Below, one piece after another: positions 19,446 through 28,910 of a stretch of DNA of 32,000 nt. The notes beneath the pieces were generated by a model that was not told where the DNA came from, did no database searches, and was given only the letters and a program-made list of their open reading frames with translations. The stretch is from Wolbachia endosymbiont of Cimex lectularius. Its GTDB lineage: Bacteria > Pseudomonadota > Alphaproteobacteria > Rickettsiales > Anaplasmataceae. Where the stretch lies: assembly GCF_000829315.1 (NCBI RefSeq), contig NZ_AP013028.1, forward strand, positions 750,001 to 782,000, written 5' to 3'. The translations under genes were made by a program, and so were the position numbers. The stretch's first letter is position 1; the number at the start of each line of letters is the position of its first letter.

Positions 19446-19973
19446 CTAGCTCATGAAACACCTTGATAAATCTTTATCCTTCGCTGTAATATCTAATAGA
19501 CGTATTTCTGTGCTTGGTGTCTTTTCAACTATTTCCCAGTCACTGATACAAATATCATCTTCTTGTTCTGATAATCTACAATCATTTTCGTTAACGATTT
19601 CCCACTCACTATTTTGGTAATCATTAATGAACCTTTCAATTTTTTCTGCTTTTACTCCGCTAAACTTATGCAACACTTTTTCACAGAGTTCAATCATCCT
19701 TTCTTTCGTGGAAGAACAAATTCCACTTTCAGTAAACTTCTCTAACGAATAGTCTATTTGAGCCAACCATTTCAAATCTTCTTTTTCAGAAGTTGTAATG
19801 ATTTCTGGCGAGGAAGTTGTAATATCTATATTTTGATGCTGCTCATCCTGCTTTGGCTCTATTGTTATATAACAATCATCACTAAAGAAAAGATCTCTCA
19901 AATCTGTACAAAAAGGGCCATAGAGAAATTCGTTCCATTTCTGATTTATTTTAGTAAAAAGATTGCTAAACAT
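19446..19973 (-). CDS. Hypothetical acidic protein with duplicated WEIV motif
   Basis: Intact 175-codon frame; internal pair NSEWEIVNENDC...ISDWEIVEKT. Confidence 0.6.
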   Translation of the reverse strand: MFSNLFTKINQKWNEFLYGPFCTDLRDLFFSDDCYITIEPKQDEQHQNIDITTSSPEIITTSEKEDLKWLAQIDYSLEKFTESGICSSTKERMIELCEKVLHKFSGVKAEKIERFINDYQNSEWEIVNENDCRLSEQEDDICISDWEIVEKTPSTEIRLLDITAKDKDLSRCFMS

Positions 19974-20112
19974 TTTATTACTCCTTGGTTAACTTTATTA
20001 AATATTAGCACAATAAATTAAATTTAGTAAATATTTTATTAAGATATCAATTAGTTAGTAGATAATCATTAAGATAATATTTTAAATAATTCATATGCTA
20101 AAATATATTAAT

Positions 20113-20300
20113 CTTGTATAGGTAAAAACCAGAAGTTTTATAAAGACATGCGGTGCACATAGTGCGAAAAATAGTACGCCAAATACAAGTTTTCTTGTCG
20201 TTTTGACCTGTACAGATTGGAAAGTTAAATAAATAGCTTCAATACCGTGGTAAGGGAACTGAAGGAATTTGTTAAGTAGTTTTTTTTGTTCCTATTGGAG
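20113..20300 (-). repeat. Dispersed intergenic repeat, copy D, truncated and degenerate (approximate limits)
   Basis: Reverse complement reads CAATAGGAACAAAAAAAACTAC / TTAACA-17nt-TACCAC / GGTATTGAAGCTATTTATTTAACTTTCCAATCTGTACAGG / GCACTATGTGCACCGCATGTCTTTATAAAACTTCTGGTTTTTACCTATACAAG, and then homology stops. Confidence 0.8.
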
Positions 20301-20320
20301 ACGGTTGTTGTATGCCTATT

Positions 20321-22237
20321 TCAACAGTAGACAGCGTCATTTCTAATTACCTTAACATTTTCCCTTGGTAGTTCTTTAATGAATCGCGAGGCATACATTG
20401 GCTGCCACTGGTTATTCACTTCCCTTCTGTCTGCGCATGAAATAATCAACTTTTCTTTTGCTCTGGTTATTCCAACATATGCAAGTCTTCTTTCTTCTTC
20501 CAAAGCTTTGCCACTATTGTCCTCAAAAGATCTTTGATGTGGAAATAATCCCTCTTCCCAGCCAGGCAGAAACACACATGGAAATTCAAGTCCCTTAGCT
20601 GCATGAAGAGTCATAACATATACGGTGTTGTCATTATTCATATTATCCACTTCCATCACTAGACTTATGTGCTCTAGGAAAGTTGTAGCACTATCGAAAT
20701 TTTTCAAAGATGAAATGAGTTCTCTAACATTCTCTATGCGTGCTAAACCTGTTACTTCTTCATTTTCAAGCATTTCAATATATCCTGATTGATTTGCTGT
20801 AGTTTTAACAAGCTCGTTTAGCGGCTTTACGCTTACTATTTCTTCCCAAGCTTTGATTTTATTTAAAAAACCATTTAGTGAAAGTTTGATTTTCTCAGTG
20901 ACTTGATTACTATCAACCAATGTTCTTGCCGCTTCAAAAAAAGAAATTCTGTTGTCTTGAGCGACCGCATATATCTTTTTCATGGTGGTCGGCCCTATGC
21001 TTCTTTTTGGCCGATTTACTATCCTCTCGAAAGCTAGGTCATCATTATTGTTTATAACGAGTCTTAAATATGCGATTATGTCTCTAACTTCTTGACGTTC
21101 GTAGAATTTTACGCCACTTACAATCTTATAAGGAATTGAGTATTTTATAAAGTACTCTTCTAGAACTCTAGTTTGGAAAGTAGCTCTCACCAGCACTGCA
21201 ATGTCACTGAATTTGTATTTATTGAGCTTTAATATCTGTTCGCTTATGAACCTAGCTTCGGTTTTCCCATCCCATAGTTTTATTAGATTTACTTTCTCTC
21301 CTTTAATATTTGTTGTCCACAATTTTTTTTCTAAGCGGGTTTTATTGTGATTGATAACATGTGATGCAGTTGCAAGTATATGGGATGTTGATCTGTAATT
21401 GCATTCCAGTTTGACGGTTTTTGCACCTTTAAAGTCGTCGGAAAATTTTAAAATGTTTTCAACTTCTGCACCACGCCAACTATATATCGATTGGTCATCG
21501 TCTCCCACACAGCAAATATTTGAGTGCTCTTTTGCAAGGTATTTTAACCAAAGATATTGTATTGCATTTGTATCTTGATACTCATCTACCATGATATATT
21601 TAAATTTGTTTTGGTAGTAGGACAGAGTTTCAGTATTTTGGTTGAAAAGTTGTATATTGTATAGCAGTAAATCACCAAAATCGACAGAGTTAAGGAATTT
21701 TAACCTTTCTTGATATTGGCGATAGACTTTTAATGCGGTTACATATACTGGCCTAAATAATTGGGTTTCTTCCACTTCAGATGGCAGTAAACACTTTTCT
21801 TTCCATTTCTGGATTATATTCATAATGGTGCTATCTTTCTCTGATGGATTATTGGAACTTATTTCATTAATGATGTTTTTTATTACCTGCAATTGGTCAT
21901 CTACACCAATGATTGTAAAATTAGAGTTTAAGCCTACAATTTCAGCATGACGGCGTAAAATTTTTGCTGCAATTGTATGGAAAGTGCCAAGCCATGGTAT
22001 ATTTGTGCCCGTGAGTTCAAGTACCCTTGATACCATTTCATTTGCTGCTTTGTTTGTGAATGTGACTGCTAATATCTCATCAGAATGAGCGTAGCCATTT
22101 CGAATTATATGCGCTATTCTTGAAGTAATTGTTCTTGTTTTTCCTGTTCCAGCACCGGCCAATATCAAAACTGGCCCATCTACGTTAGTTACAGCCAATT
22201 GTTGTTCCGAATTTAGCAGTGAGAGATAATCATTCAT
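20321..22237 (-). CDS. uvrD: UvrD/PcrA-type superfamily I ATP-dependent DNA helicase
   Basis: LNSEQQLAVTNVDGPVLILAGAGTGKTRTITSRIAHII, AVTFTNKAANEM, YIMVDEYQDTN, VGDDDQSIYSWRGA, LECNYRST, VYVMTLHAAKGLEFPCVFLPGWEEGLFPH, EEERRLAYVGITRAKEKL. Confidence 0.95.
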   Translation of the reverse strand: MNDYLSLLNSEQQLAVTNVDGPVLILAGAGTGKTRTITSRIAHIIRNGYAHSDEILAVTFTNKAANEMVSRVLELTGTNIPWLGTFHTIAAKILRRHAEIVGLNSNFTIIGVDDQLQVIKNIINEISSNNPSEKDSTIMNIIQKWKEKCLLPSEVEETQLFRPVYVTALKVYRQYQERLKFLNSVDFGDLLLYNIQLFNQNTETLSYYQNKFKYIMVDEYQDTNAIQYLWLKYLAKEHSNICCVGDDDQSIYSWRGAEVENILKFSDDFKGAKTVKLECNYRSTSHILATASHVINHNKTRLEKKLWTTNIKGEKVNLIKLWDGKTEARFISEQILKLNKYKFSDIAVLVRATFQTRVLEEYFIKYSIPYKIVSGVKFYERQEVRDIIAYLRLVINNNDDLAFERIVNRPKRSIGPTTMKKIYAVAQDNRISFFEAARTLVDSNQVTEKIKLSLNGFLNKIKAWEEIVSVKPLNELVKTTANQSGYIEMLENEEVTGLARIENVRELISSLKNFDSATTFLEHISLVMEVDNMNNDNTVYVMTLHAAKGLEFPCVFLPGWEEGLFPHQRSFEDNSGKALEEERRLAYVGITRAKEKLIISCADRREVNNQWQPMYASRFIKELPRENVKVIRNDAVYC

Positions 22238-22396
22238 TGTAGCCCTACCAAATATAGTCCCATAAGTTAACCCTATTGTTCACGCTCTGTAAAGTCTTTG
22301 TTTTGAATTTGATCTAGGCAGTGACAATCACTGAAAAAATTGGCCGAGATTTACAATAAGATACGTAAGGAAATATCGTGCATATACTAAAACCGG

Positions 22397-22470
22397 TGGG
22401 ATTGGTAGGACTCGAACCTACGACCAATTCGTTATGAGCGAACTGCTCTAACCAACTGAGCTACAATCCC
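22397..22470 (-). tRNA. tRNA with CAT anticodon (elongator Met, or Ile2 if lysidine-modified)
   Basis: Reverse complement GGGATTG-TA-GCTCAGTTGGTTAGAGC-A-GTTCG-CTCATAA-CGAAT-TGGTC-GTAGG-TTCGAGT-CCTAC-CAATCCC-A. CCA is not fully encoded (CCG follows). Confidence 0.92.
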
Positions 22471-22512
22471 CTTCATTAATATTTATAATACACACAAAAA
22501 CAAATTTGTCTA

Positions 22513-22836
22513 TTAGCTTATTTCGCTATCAACCCAGCTTAACAAGTCACTTATTGCAGCAATTTTGCGTGCAACTTCCTTACCGTCTTGAAATATGATC
22601 AAAGTAGGTATGGATTGAATTCCATATTTACTCGGCGCTTCAGTTCCTTCATCTATATTGAACTTGCAGATCTTAACTTTGCCCTTCTTATCTTTAGCTA
22701 ATTGTTCAATGCGCGGCATTAGACTTTTACATGGTCCACACCACTCTGCCCAAAAGTCCACTAATACAAACCCCTTGTAATCAGTGACCTCAGACTTAAA
22801 ATTTTGATCATTTATTGATGTAATATCGTCACTCAT
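22513..22836 (-). CDS. trxA: Thioredoxin
   Basis: FVLVDFWAEWCGPCKSLMPRIEQLA, YGIQSIPTLIIFQDG. The listed frame opens at 22881; MSDDITS at 22836 is the more likely start. Confidence 0.95.
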   Translation of the reverse strand: MSDDITSINDQNFKSEVTDYKGFVLVDFWAEWCGPCKSLMPRIEQLAKDKKGKVKICKFNIDEGTEAPSKYGIQSIPTLIIFQDGKEVARKIAAISDLLSWVDSEIS

Positions 22837-22945
22837 AAAATACCTAGCTAAATTTGTACAATATAGCGCACTTACCAGCAACTAATCAACTAAATTCTTA
22901 CTGAGTAGCCTGAAAAATTGCCTAAAGCGTTTTGCATAGCTTCCA

Positions 22946-23566
22946 TTACACCTGATGACTAAAGATGTCCACATTTTCCCACCCCATTAAATCTAATTCA
23001 ACACGAGTAGGAAGAAATTCAAAGCACTTTTGGGCTAATTCTTTTCTGTTTTCACGTTCCAGCATAGAATCTAGCTTTTCCTTTATTTTATGGAGATATA
23101 AAACATCAGATGCAGCATAACTTTTTTGTTTATCCGTTAAATCCTCACTTCCCCAATCGGAGGATTGCTGCTGCTTATTTAACTTAGTATCAAGCAATTC
23201 TAGGCATAATTCCTTTAGGCTATGATTGTCTGTATAAGTACGAACCAAACGTGAAGCTATTTTTGTGCAATAGCATGGAAGTGCCCAAGTTTTCAAGTAA
23301 TAGCGTATTATGCTGACATCAAACCGTGCAAAGTGAAATATTTTAGTTATACTTTTATCCCCCAATATTTTTCTTAAGTTTGGAGCTGTATAATCACTTT
23401 TCAATTGAACCAAGTGAGCGTTGCCGTTATTAAAAGAGAGCTGTACAAGACACAATCTGTCTCTAACGTGAAGTAGCCCCATTGCCTCTGTATCAACAGC
23501 TATAGACCTTACGTTATCTGGTATTGAACTAGCCGGCAGGTCATCTTTGTGTACAAATATCCTCAT
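22946..23566 (-). CDS. rnd: Ribonuclease D / 3'-5' exonuclease domain protein
   Basis: AVDTEAMGLLHVRDRLCLVQLS, KIFHFARFDVSIIRYYL, YASDVLYLHKIKEKL (DEDDy exonuclease motifs). Short form of about 206 aa, lacking an HRDC region. Confidence 0.88.
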   Translation of the reverse strand: MRIFVHKDDLPASSIPDNVRSIAVDTEAMGLLHVRDRLCLVQLSFNNGNAHLVQLKSDYTAPNLRKILGDKSITKIFHFARFDVSIIRYYLKTWALPCYCTKIASRLVRTYTDNHSLKELCLELLDTKLNKQQQSSDWGSEDLTDKQKSYAASDVLYLHKIKEKLDSMLERENRKELAQKCFEFLPTRVELDLMGWENVDIFSHQV

Positions 23567-23706
23567 AAGGCTTTGTGAAATATTGAAAGACTAATAATAA
23601 TTGAAAGTGAGTTTTAAGTACACAAATAATAGACAGCTCCTAACATTTTAGTATGCATGGGGTTTACAAATCGTTGTATATACCTATAATTAAGAAGTGA
23701 AAGACT

Positions 23707-23779
23707 GCGGGAGTAGTTCAGTTGGTAGAACGCAACCTTGCCAAGGTTGAGGTCGAGGGTTCGAACCCCTTCTCCCGCT
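23707..23779 (+). tRNA. tRNA-Gly (GCC)
   Basis: GCGGGAG/CTCCCGC acceptor, D arm GTTCAGTTGGTAGAAC, anticodon arm CAACC-TTGCCAA-GGTTG, T arm GAGGG-TTCGAAC-CCCTT. Followed by a T run at 23781. Confidence 0.95.
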
Positions 23780-23796
23780 CTTTTTTTCCAAAATCA

Positions 23797-24150
23797 TTCA
23801 AAAAATTTACTTGACAACTTTCGCCGTTACCCTTATAATGATACTGAAGCTATTTGTTTAACTTCCCAATCTGTGCACTGCATGTCTTTTTAAAACTTTG
23901 GGTTTTTGCCCATACAAGCTGAAACGCGCTTATAAGTCGTTTAAGACATCACCCAACGCCGGATTTTAAAATAGAGAGTGGAATAACTAGCTACCTCGGG
24001 GTTTTATTGTCTTTTTCCTCTGTCTGGTAAATTTCTTAAATATTATAGCTTAAACTAGTTGCGTTTAAAAGCAGCTAAATTGCAGCGTTTAAGGCATAAA
24101 AACGCCAATACTGAAAATAAATACTAACCAGGGCTTCTTTTGCTTTTTTT
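23797..24150 (+). repeat. Dispersed intergenic repeat, copy C (approximate limits)
   Basis: TTGACA-17nt-TATAAT / GAAGCTATTTGTTTAACTTCCCAATCTGTGCA / CTGCATGTCTTTTTAAAACTTTGGGTTTTTGCCCATACAAGCTGAAACGCGCTTATAAGTCGTTTAAGACAT / ATAACTAGCTACCTCGGGGTTTT..GGTAAATTTCTTA. Confidence 0.85.
23811..23839 (+). promoter_or_regulatory. Consensus sigma70-type promoter in repeat copy C
   Basis: Perfect TTGACA (23811-23816), 17 nt spacer, perfect TATAAT (23834-23839). Sits 32 bp downstream of tRNA-Gly. Confidence 0.6.
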
Positions 24151-24296
24151 CAGCCTTGCTACTCGTTAGCGCTGCATTGGCTATATCACATGGGATTGTG
24201 CAATAGATGCAGCTTAACATAAAAAGTTTGACTTTTTGAAGTTTTGTGTTATGCTCAGGCTCAAATATAGTTCGCTATTAGTAAGGGGTAGTTACC

Positions 24297-26122
24297 ATGA
24301 ATAAAGAAGAAGCTTTAAAAGTATTGGAAATATCAGATGATCCTTCTGCTCCTGACATTGTTTGTAAAGTTAAGCAGCGACTTAAAAATTACATAAGGAT
24401 AGCATAGAGAACCTCTCAGAGAAAATAGAAGCATGCAAATTTCTTACTGATGGTCAAGAAGATCAAGCAGAAGTTTTCTCGGACCTTGTAATATCAGCCA
24501 TTAACGACGATAAACTAGATTTTCTGAAGTTGTTGCTAGAGACAGTAAAAAATGATAACGAATTTAACTATTTGAATACAGAAGGTACTGGTGGCAATAT
24601 ACCATTAAACTTCGCGCTTGGGCATACAAGTTGTAAACATGAGTCAAGAATTAAGGCCATAAGTTTACTTTTAAAGTACGGTGCTAATCCTAATATAAAA
24701 GATCAAGAAGGCAAGTCGTTACTCTGCTGTGTTATTGATAGCCATGGCGATATTGATCGTTATAAAGCTGTAGAATTACTCTTAGAACCTGTTTAAAATC
24801 TTCGTAACAGGAGAGAAATGAAGGAGAGGACTATCATCTGTAAGCTAGTGTTGAGCTTCCGCTCGCAATTTTTCCACAATCGCCTGCACTTTTCTAACCA
24901 GGCAAAAGAGCGTTCAACAACCCATCTTTTTGGCAATACGACGAAAGTGTGTAACTCACTTCGCTTTATTACTTCAACAGTCGCACCAATGATAGCTTTT
25001 ATTTGTGTTGCAAAATTTTCTCCTGTGTAGCCAGCATCAACCAGTATGTTTTTAACTTCAGAGAGGTTTGCTTTAGCATTTTCGACCATTTTCACAGCAC
25101 TGCTACGGTCAGTTGCTTCTGCCGTTGTTACATAAATTGCATGTGGCAAACCTTGTGTATCAACTGCAATATGGCGCTTTATCCCTGAAATCTTTTTACC
25201 TGCATCATAGCCTTTTTTTTTCAGCAGTATCTGCGTTTTTAACGCTTTGAGAATCAATTATACAAAAGCTAGTTTTCTCTTTCCGACCATTGCTGATACG
25301 GACCTCTCCAACTAATTTTTTTTAAGACTAATTCCAACAAGCTTGGCTCTTCTCCATTCTTTTTACTCCACACTCGAAAATAGTAATATACGCTTTCCCA
25401 TCTTGGAAAACCCTTTGGTAACATCCTCCACTGACAACCACTTTTTAAGACGTACAACACCCCACAAAATACGTCATACAAATCAAGTTTTCTTGGTTTT
25501 GTTTTCTGCTTGCTACTCTCCAAAATTGGCCTGATTTTTTCAAACTGCTCTTGACTTATATTACTTGGATAACTTTTCTGCATAGACACCTCATTATTAA
25601 TCTATGCTTACTTTACCTCACATTTCCAAGATTTTAAACAGGTTCTTAGATAAGGGTGTTAATCCTAATGTGCAGGATAATCAAGGTAGAACACCGTTGC
25701 ACTACTTATGTAGCAAATATTATGAAGCTGGTAGTGTTAAAATCGCAAAATTGCTCTTAAGAAGAGGTGCTGATCCAGATTCGAAGGATCAAAGTGGCAA
25801 AAAACCAATAGACCTTGTTAACCCTGACAGTAGCGTTGGAAGGCTATTTGGTGCTGTTAATTATAAGAAAGCATTCCGGTTTGGATGTGCTACGTTATTA
25901 ACTACAGCAGGTAGTATTGCCTTGATTTCTGGGGTTGCAGACGCGTACATAGGTAAAGTTTGGTGTTCTACTCTTGCAGTAGGTATGGCTGCTATTGCAT
26001 TATATTGTGCGTACCAAACAATAAAAATGATGTTTTTTTCAGGGCCCTCAACTGAATTCACTGAAGCTAGGGCAGAGTTTCTTAATAGTCAGAAATCACC
26101 AAATCCGGCAGGTGGAGCTTAA
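24297..26122 (+). pseudogene. Ankyrin repeat protein gene disrupted by a frameshift and by IS copy 2
   Basis: ATG 24297 after AGGGG gives MNKEEALKVLEISDDPSAPDIVCKVKQRLK, then stops. The +1-shifted frame continues KDSIENLSEKIEACKFLTDG...DRYKAVELL up to the IS edge at 24783. After the IS, LLDKGVNPNVQDNQGRTPLHYLC... runs to 26122. Removing the IS plus one target copy restores VELLLDKGV. Confidence 0.85.
24784..25646 (-). mobile_element. IS5-family insertion sequence, copy 2 (863 bp)
   Basis: Same terminal inverted repeats as copy 1. Transposase parts at 25269-25589 and 24793-25257. The T run at 25213-25221 has 9 T versus 8 in the other copies. Confidence 0.95.
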
Positions 26123-26198
26123 TAATTAGAGACTAAAGGAGTTCTTTTTTAAAAAACTTAAGGTATAATATAGGTATTTGATATCTTTTATAGTGATT

Positions 26199-28859
26199 AT
26201 GCCGAGTTTAAGCTGCCTTTATGGTGACAATGCGGAATTTGTGGAAGAAATGTATAACCGCTATTTGCGGGGCGATAAATCAATCGGGGAGGATTGGTAC
26301 AGAATTTTTTCAAGCAATTTAGAAGCAAATCAGGCAAAGCCCTGCAGTATGCAGCATGCAGCCAAGGTGGATAATTCAGCTTCTGATCTGGCAAATTTTT
26401 TCAGATCTTACGGTCATTTTTTCGCGGATCTTAATCCGTTATCACCAAATGTAAATAAAGAAGTAGATTATCAGAAATATTCGAATATCTCTCCAACGCA
26501 TGATGCTAGCATCTATAGAGATATTTACTGCAAGAATATCGGTTTTGAATTTATGCATATTTCCTCTTATGAAGAGAGAATATGGCTACAGGAGAAAATT
26601 GAAAACCAGACCTATACACTGAGCTCTCAGGACAAAAAAGAGATACTGAGGCACTTGATCGAATCTGAGATGTTCGAGCAGTTCCTCCATATGAAATTTC
26701 CTGGATATAAGCGTTTCTCTATCGAAGGTGGAGAGTCAACTGTTGTTGCAATTGAGAGAATTATTAGTGATTCTGCGGCTTTTGGTATTGAAGAGATAGT
26801 TCTTGGCATGGCTCACCGCGGACGACTCAGTGTTCTGACCAAAGTTATGGGGAAAGAATATGCGGCAATGCTTTCTGAATTTCAAGGCAACCTTGCATAC
26901 CCAAGTGGTCTTGAGGTGTCTGGCGATGTTAAATATCACCTCGGTTACTCCTCTGATCGCACACTTGCCAGTGGTAAAAAAATGCACTTGAGTTTATGCC
27001 CTAATCCATCTCACCTTGAAGCGGTAAACCCGGTTCTGGTTGGAAGAATAAGAGCAAAGCAGAATATGAGATTTGTGCTTGGAATATCAATTCATGGTGA
27101 TGCAGCTTTCATCGGGCAAGGAGTGGTTGCTGAAACTCTGACCTTGAGCAATATTGAGGGTTATAAAGTGGATGGCATTGTACACATTGTCATTAATAAC
27201 CAAATTGGTTTTACTGCGAGCCCATGCTGCGCGCGGTCATCTTTTTATTGTACTGATATAACTAAATCTATAGAAGCTCCAGTATTTCATGTGAATGGAG
27301 ATAATCCAGAAGCGGTGAGTTTTGTTGCAAGTTTGGCAATGGAATATAGGCAGAAATTTAAAAAGGATGTGGTGATTGACATAATATGTTACCGCAAATA
27401 TGGCCATAATGAAGGTGATGAGCCAAATTTCACTCAGCCACTCATGTACAAGGCAATATCAAAGCATAAGACTCCAGGGACACTGTATGGAGAGAAGCTG
27501 ACTGCAGAGAAAGTGCTAAGTAGTGATGAAGTGAGTAAATTACGCAGCGAATTTAGGGCAGGATTGGATAAAAGCCTTACTGAATCAGCGACTTACACTC
27601 CAAAAAAAGCTGACTGGTTTGGTGGTGTGTGGTCAAAACTGAGAAGAGCAAAGTTGAACGGTTTGAGCGAGTATTATACGGATTCTGGTGTTTCGCCAGA
27701 TGAGCTAAAAAAGTTAGGTGTACACATAAATAGCAATATCCCAAGCAGTTTTAATATCAACAATAAGGTTAGAAAAATACTCGATGGAAGAATAGACAGT
27801 ATAAATTCCGGTAGCAATGTAGACTGGGCAACGGCTGAAAGTCTTGCGTTTGCATCGCTGCTTACAGAAGGAATAGGAGTGCGTTTGTCAGGACAAGATT
27901 CTGGCCGTGGGACTTTCTCGCACCGTCATTCAAGGCTTGTTGATCAAACAACGGAGGAAACGTTTATTCCGCTAAACAATATAAGTGAGAAGCAAGCTCA
28001 CTTTGAAGTCATGGATAGCGCTCTGTCTGAGTATGCTGTGATGGGCTTTGAATATGGATACAGTCTTGACTCTCCATATTCACTGGTGCTCTGGGAAGGG
28101 CAATTTGGTGATTTTGCAAATGGCGCGCAAATCATGATCGACCAGTTTATTGCATCGGCAGAAACAAAGTGGTTGCGGTCGAGCGGTCTAGTTTTACTGT
28201 TGCCTCATGGTTATGAAGGGCAGGGGCCTGAACATAGTTCTGCTCGTATAGAGAGATTTTTGCAACTCTGCGCGGAAGATAATATGCAGATAGTGAATTG
28301 CTCCACTCCGGCGAATTACTTTCATGTTTTGCGCCGGCAAATTCATCGGGATTTTCGTAAGCCTTTGGTGGTGTTTACACCTAAATCGCTATTGCGTCAC
28401 AAAAGAGCAGTTTCTCAACTGTCTGACTTTGAAGGGAAATTCCTCACGGTAATTCCAGAATATAGAACAGGTTTAGTTTCAGATGACAAAATACGCAAAG
28501 CCATAATATGCAGTGGCAAAGTTTATTACGATATAATTGAAGCATGTGAAAGACAAAAAATAAACGATATAGCAGTAATACGTTTGGAGCAGTTCTATCC
28601 ATTTCCTGCAGATAAATTAAGTAATGAACTTGAGAAGTACAAAAACGCTGAGATTGTATGGTGTCAAGAAGAACCAAAAAATATGGGAGGATGGTTCTTT
28701 GTCAATCCATTGATAGAAGAAGTGTTATCCAATCTTAATATTCAAGCAAAAAGACCTAAGTGTATCGCAAGACCTGCTGCTGCATCTCCTGCATGTGGTT
28801 ATGCTAGTGTTCACACGCAGCAGCAAGAGGAGATTTTGAGGTGGGTAGTATCCGTTTAA
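26199..28859 (+). CDS. sucA: 2-oxoglutarate dehydrogenase E1 component
   Basis: ILRHLIESEMFEQFLHMKFPGYKRFSIEGGES, LGMAHRGRLSVLTKVMGK, VKYHLGYSSDR, HGDAAFIGQGVVAETLTLSNIEGYKVDGIVHIVINNQIGFT, YGHNEGDEPNFTQPLMYKAI, LPHGYEGQGPEHSSARIERFLQL. The listed start at 26178 is TTG; ATG is at 26199. Confidence 0.97.
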   Translation: MPSLSCLYGDNAEFVEEMYNRYLRGDKSIGEDWYRIFSSNLEANQAKPCSMQHAAKVDNSASDLANFFRSYGHFFADLNPLSPNVNKEVDYQKYSNISPTHDASIYRDIYCKNIGFEFMHISSYEERIWLQEKIENQTYTLSSQDKKEILRHLIESEMFEQFLHMKFPGYKRFSIEGGESTVVAIERIISDSAAFGIEEIVLGMAHRGRLSVLTKVMGKEYAAMLSEFQGNLAYPSGLEVSGDVKYHLGYSSDRTLASGKKMHLSLCPNPSHLEAVNPVLVGRIRAKQNMRFVLGISIHGDAAFIGQGVVAETLTLSNIEGYKVDGIVHIVINNQIGFTASPCCARSSFYCTDITKSIEAPVFHVNGDNPEAVSFVASLAMEYRQKFKKDVVIDIICYRKYGHNEGDEPNFTQPLMYKAISKHKTPGTLYGEKLTAEKVLSSDEVSKLRSEFRAGLDKSLTESATYTPKKADWFGGVWSKLRRAKLNGLSEYYTDSGVSPDELKKLGVHINSNIPSSFNINNKVRKILDGRIDSINSGSNVDWATAESLAFASLLTEGIGVRLSGQDSGRGTFSHRHSRLVDQTTEETFIPLNNISEKQAHFEVMDSALSEYAVMGFEYGYSLDSPYSLVLWEGQFGDFANGAQIMIDQFIASAETKWLRSSGLVLLLPHGYEGQGPEHSSARIERFLQLCAEDNMQIVNCSTPANYFHVLRRQIHRDFRKPLVVFTPKSLLRHKRAVSQLSDFEGKFLTVIPEYRTGLVSDDKIRKAIICSGKVYYDIIEACERQKINDIAVIRLEQFYPFPADKLSNELEKYKNAEIVWCQEEPKNMGGWFFVNPLIEEVLSNLNIQAKRPKCIARPAAASPACGYASVHTQQQEEILRWVVSV

Positions 28860-28910
28860 TAATGTGACAAAAAAAGCTGTTGCATGATTGAAATAAGGTT
28901 ATTCACGCTT

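Noticed and set aside
26141-26169. sucA promoter based on TATAAT at 26164-26169
   Set aside because: The -10 box is good, but no convincing -35 lies at 16-18 nt; AT-rich sequence makes chance TATAAT common.
26197-28677. Minus-strand ORFs within sucA
   Set aside because: Antisense to a complete, motif-rich sucA reading frame.
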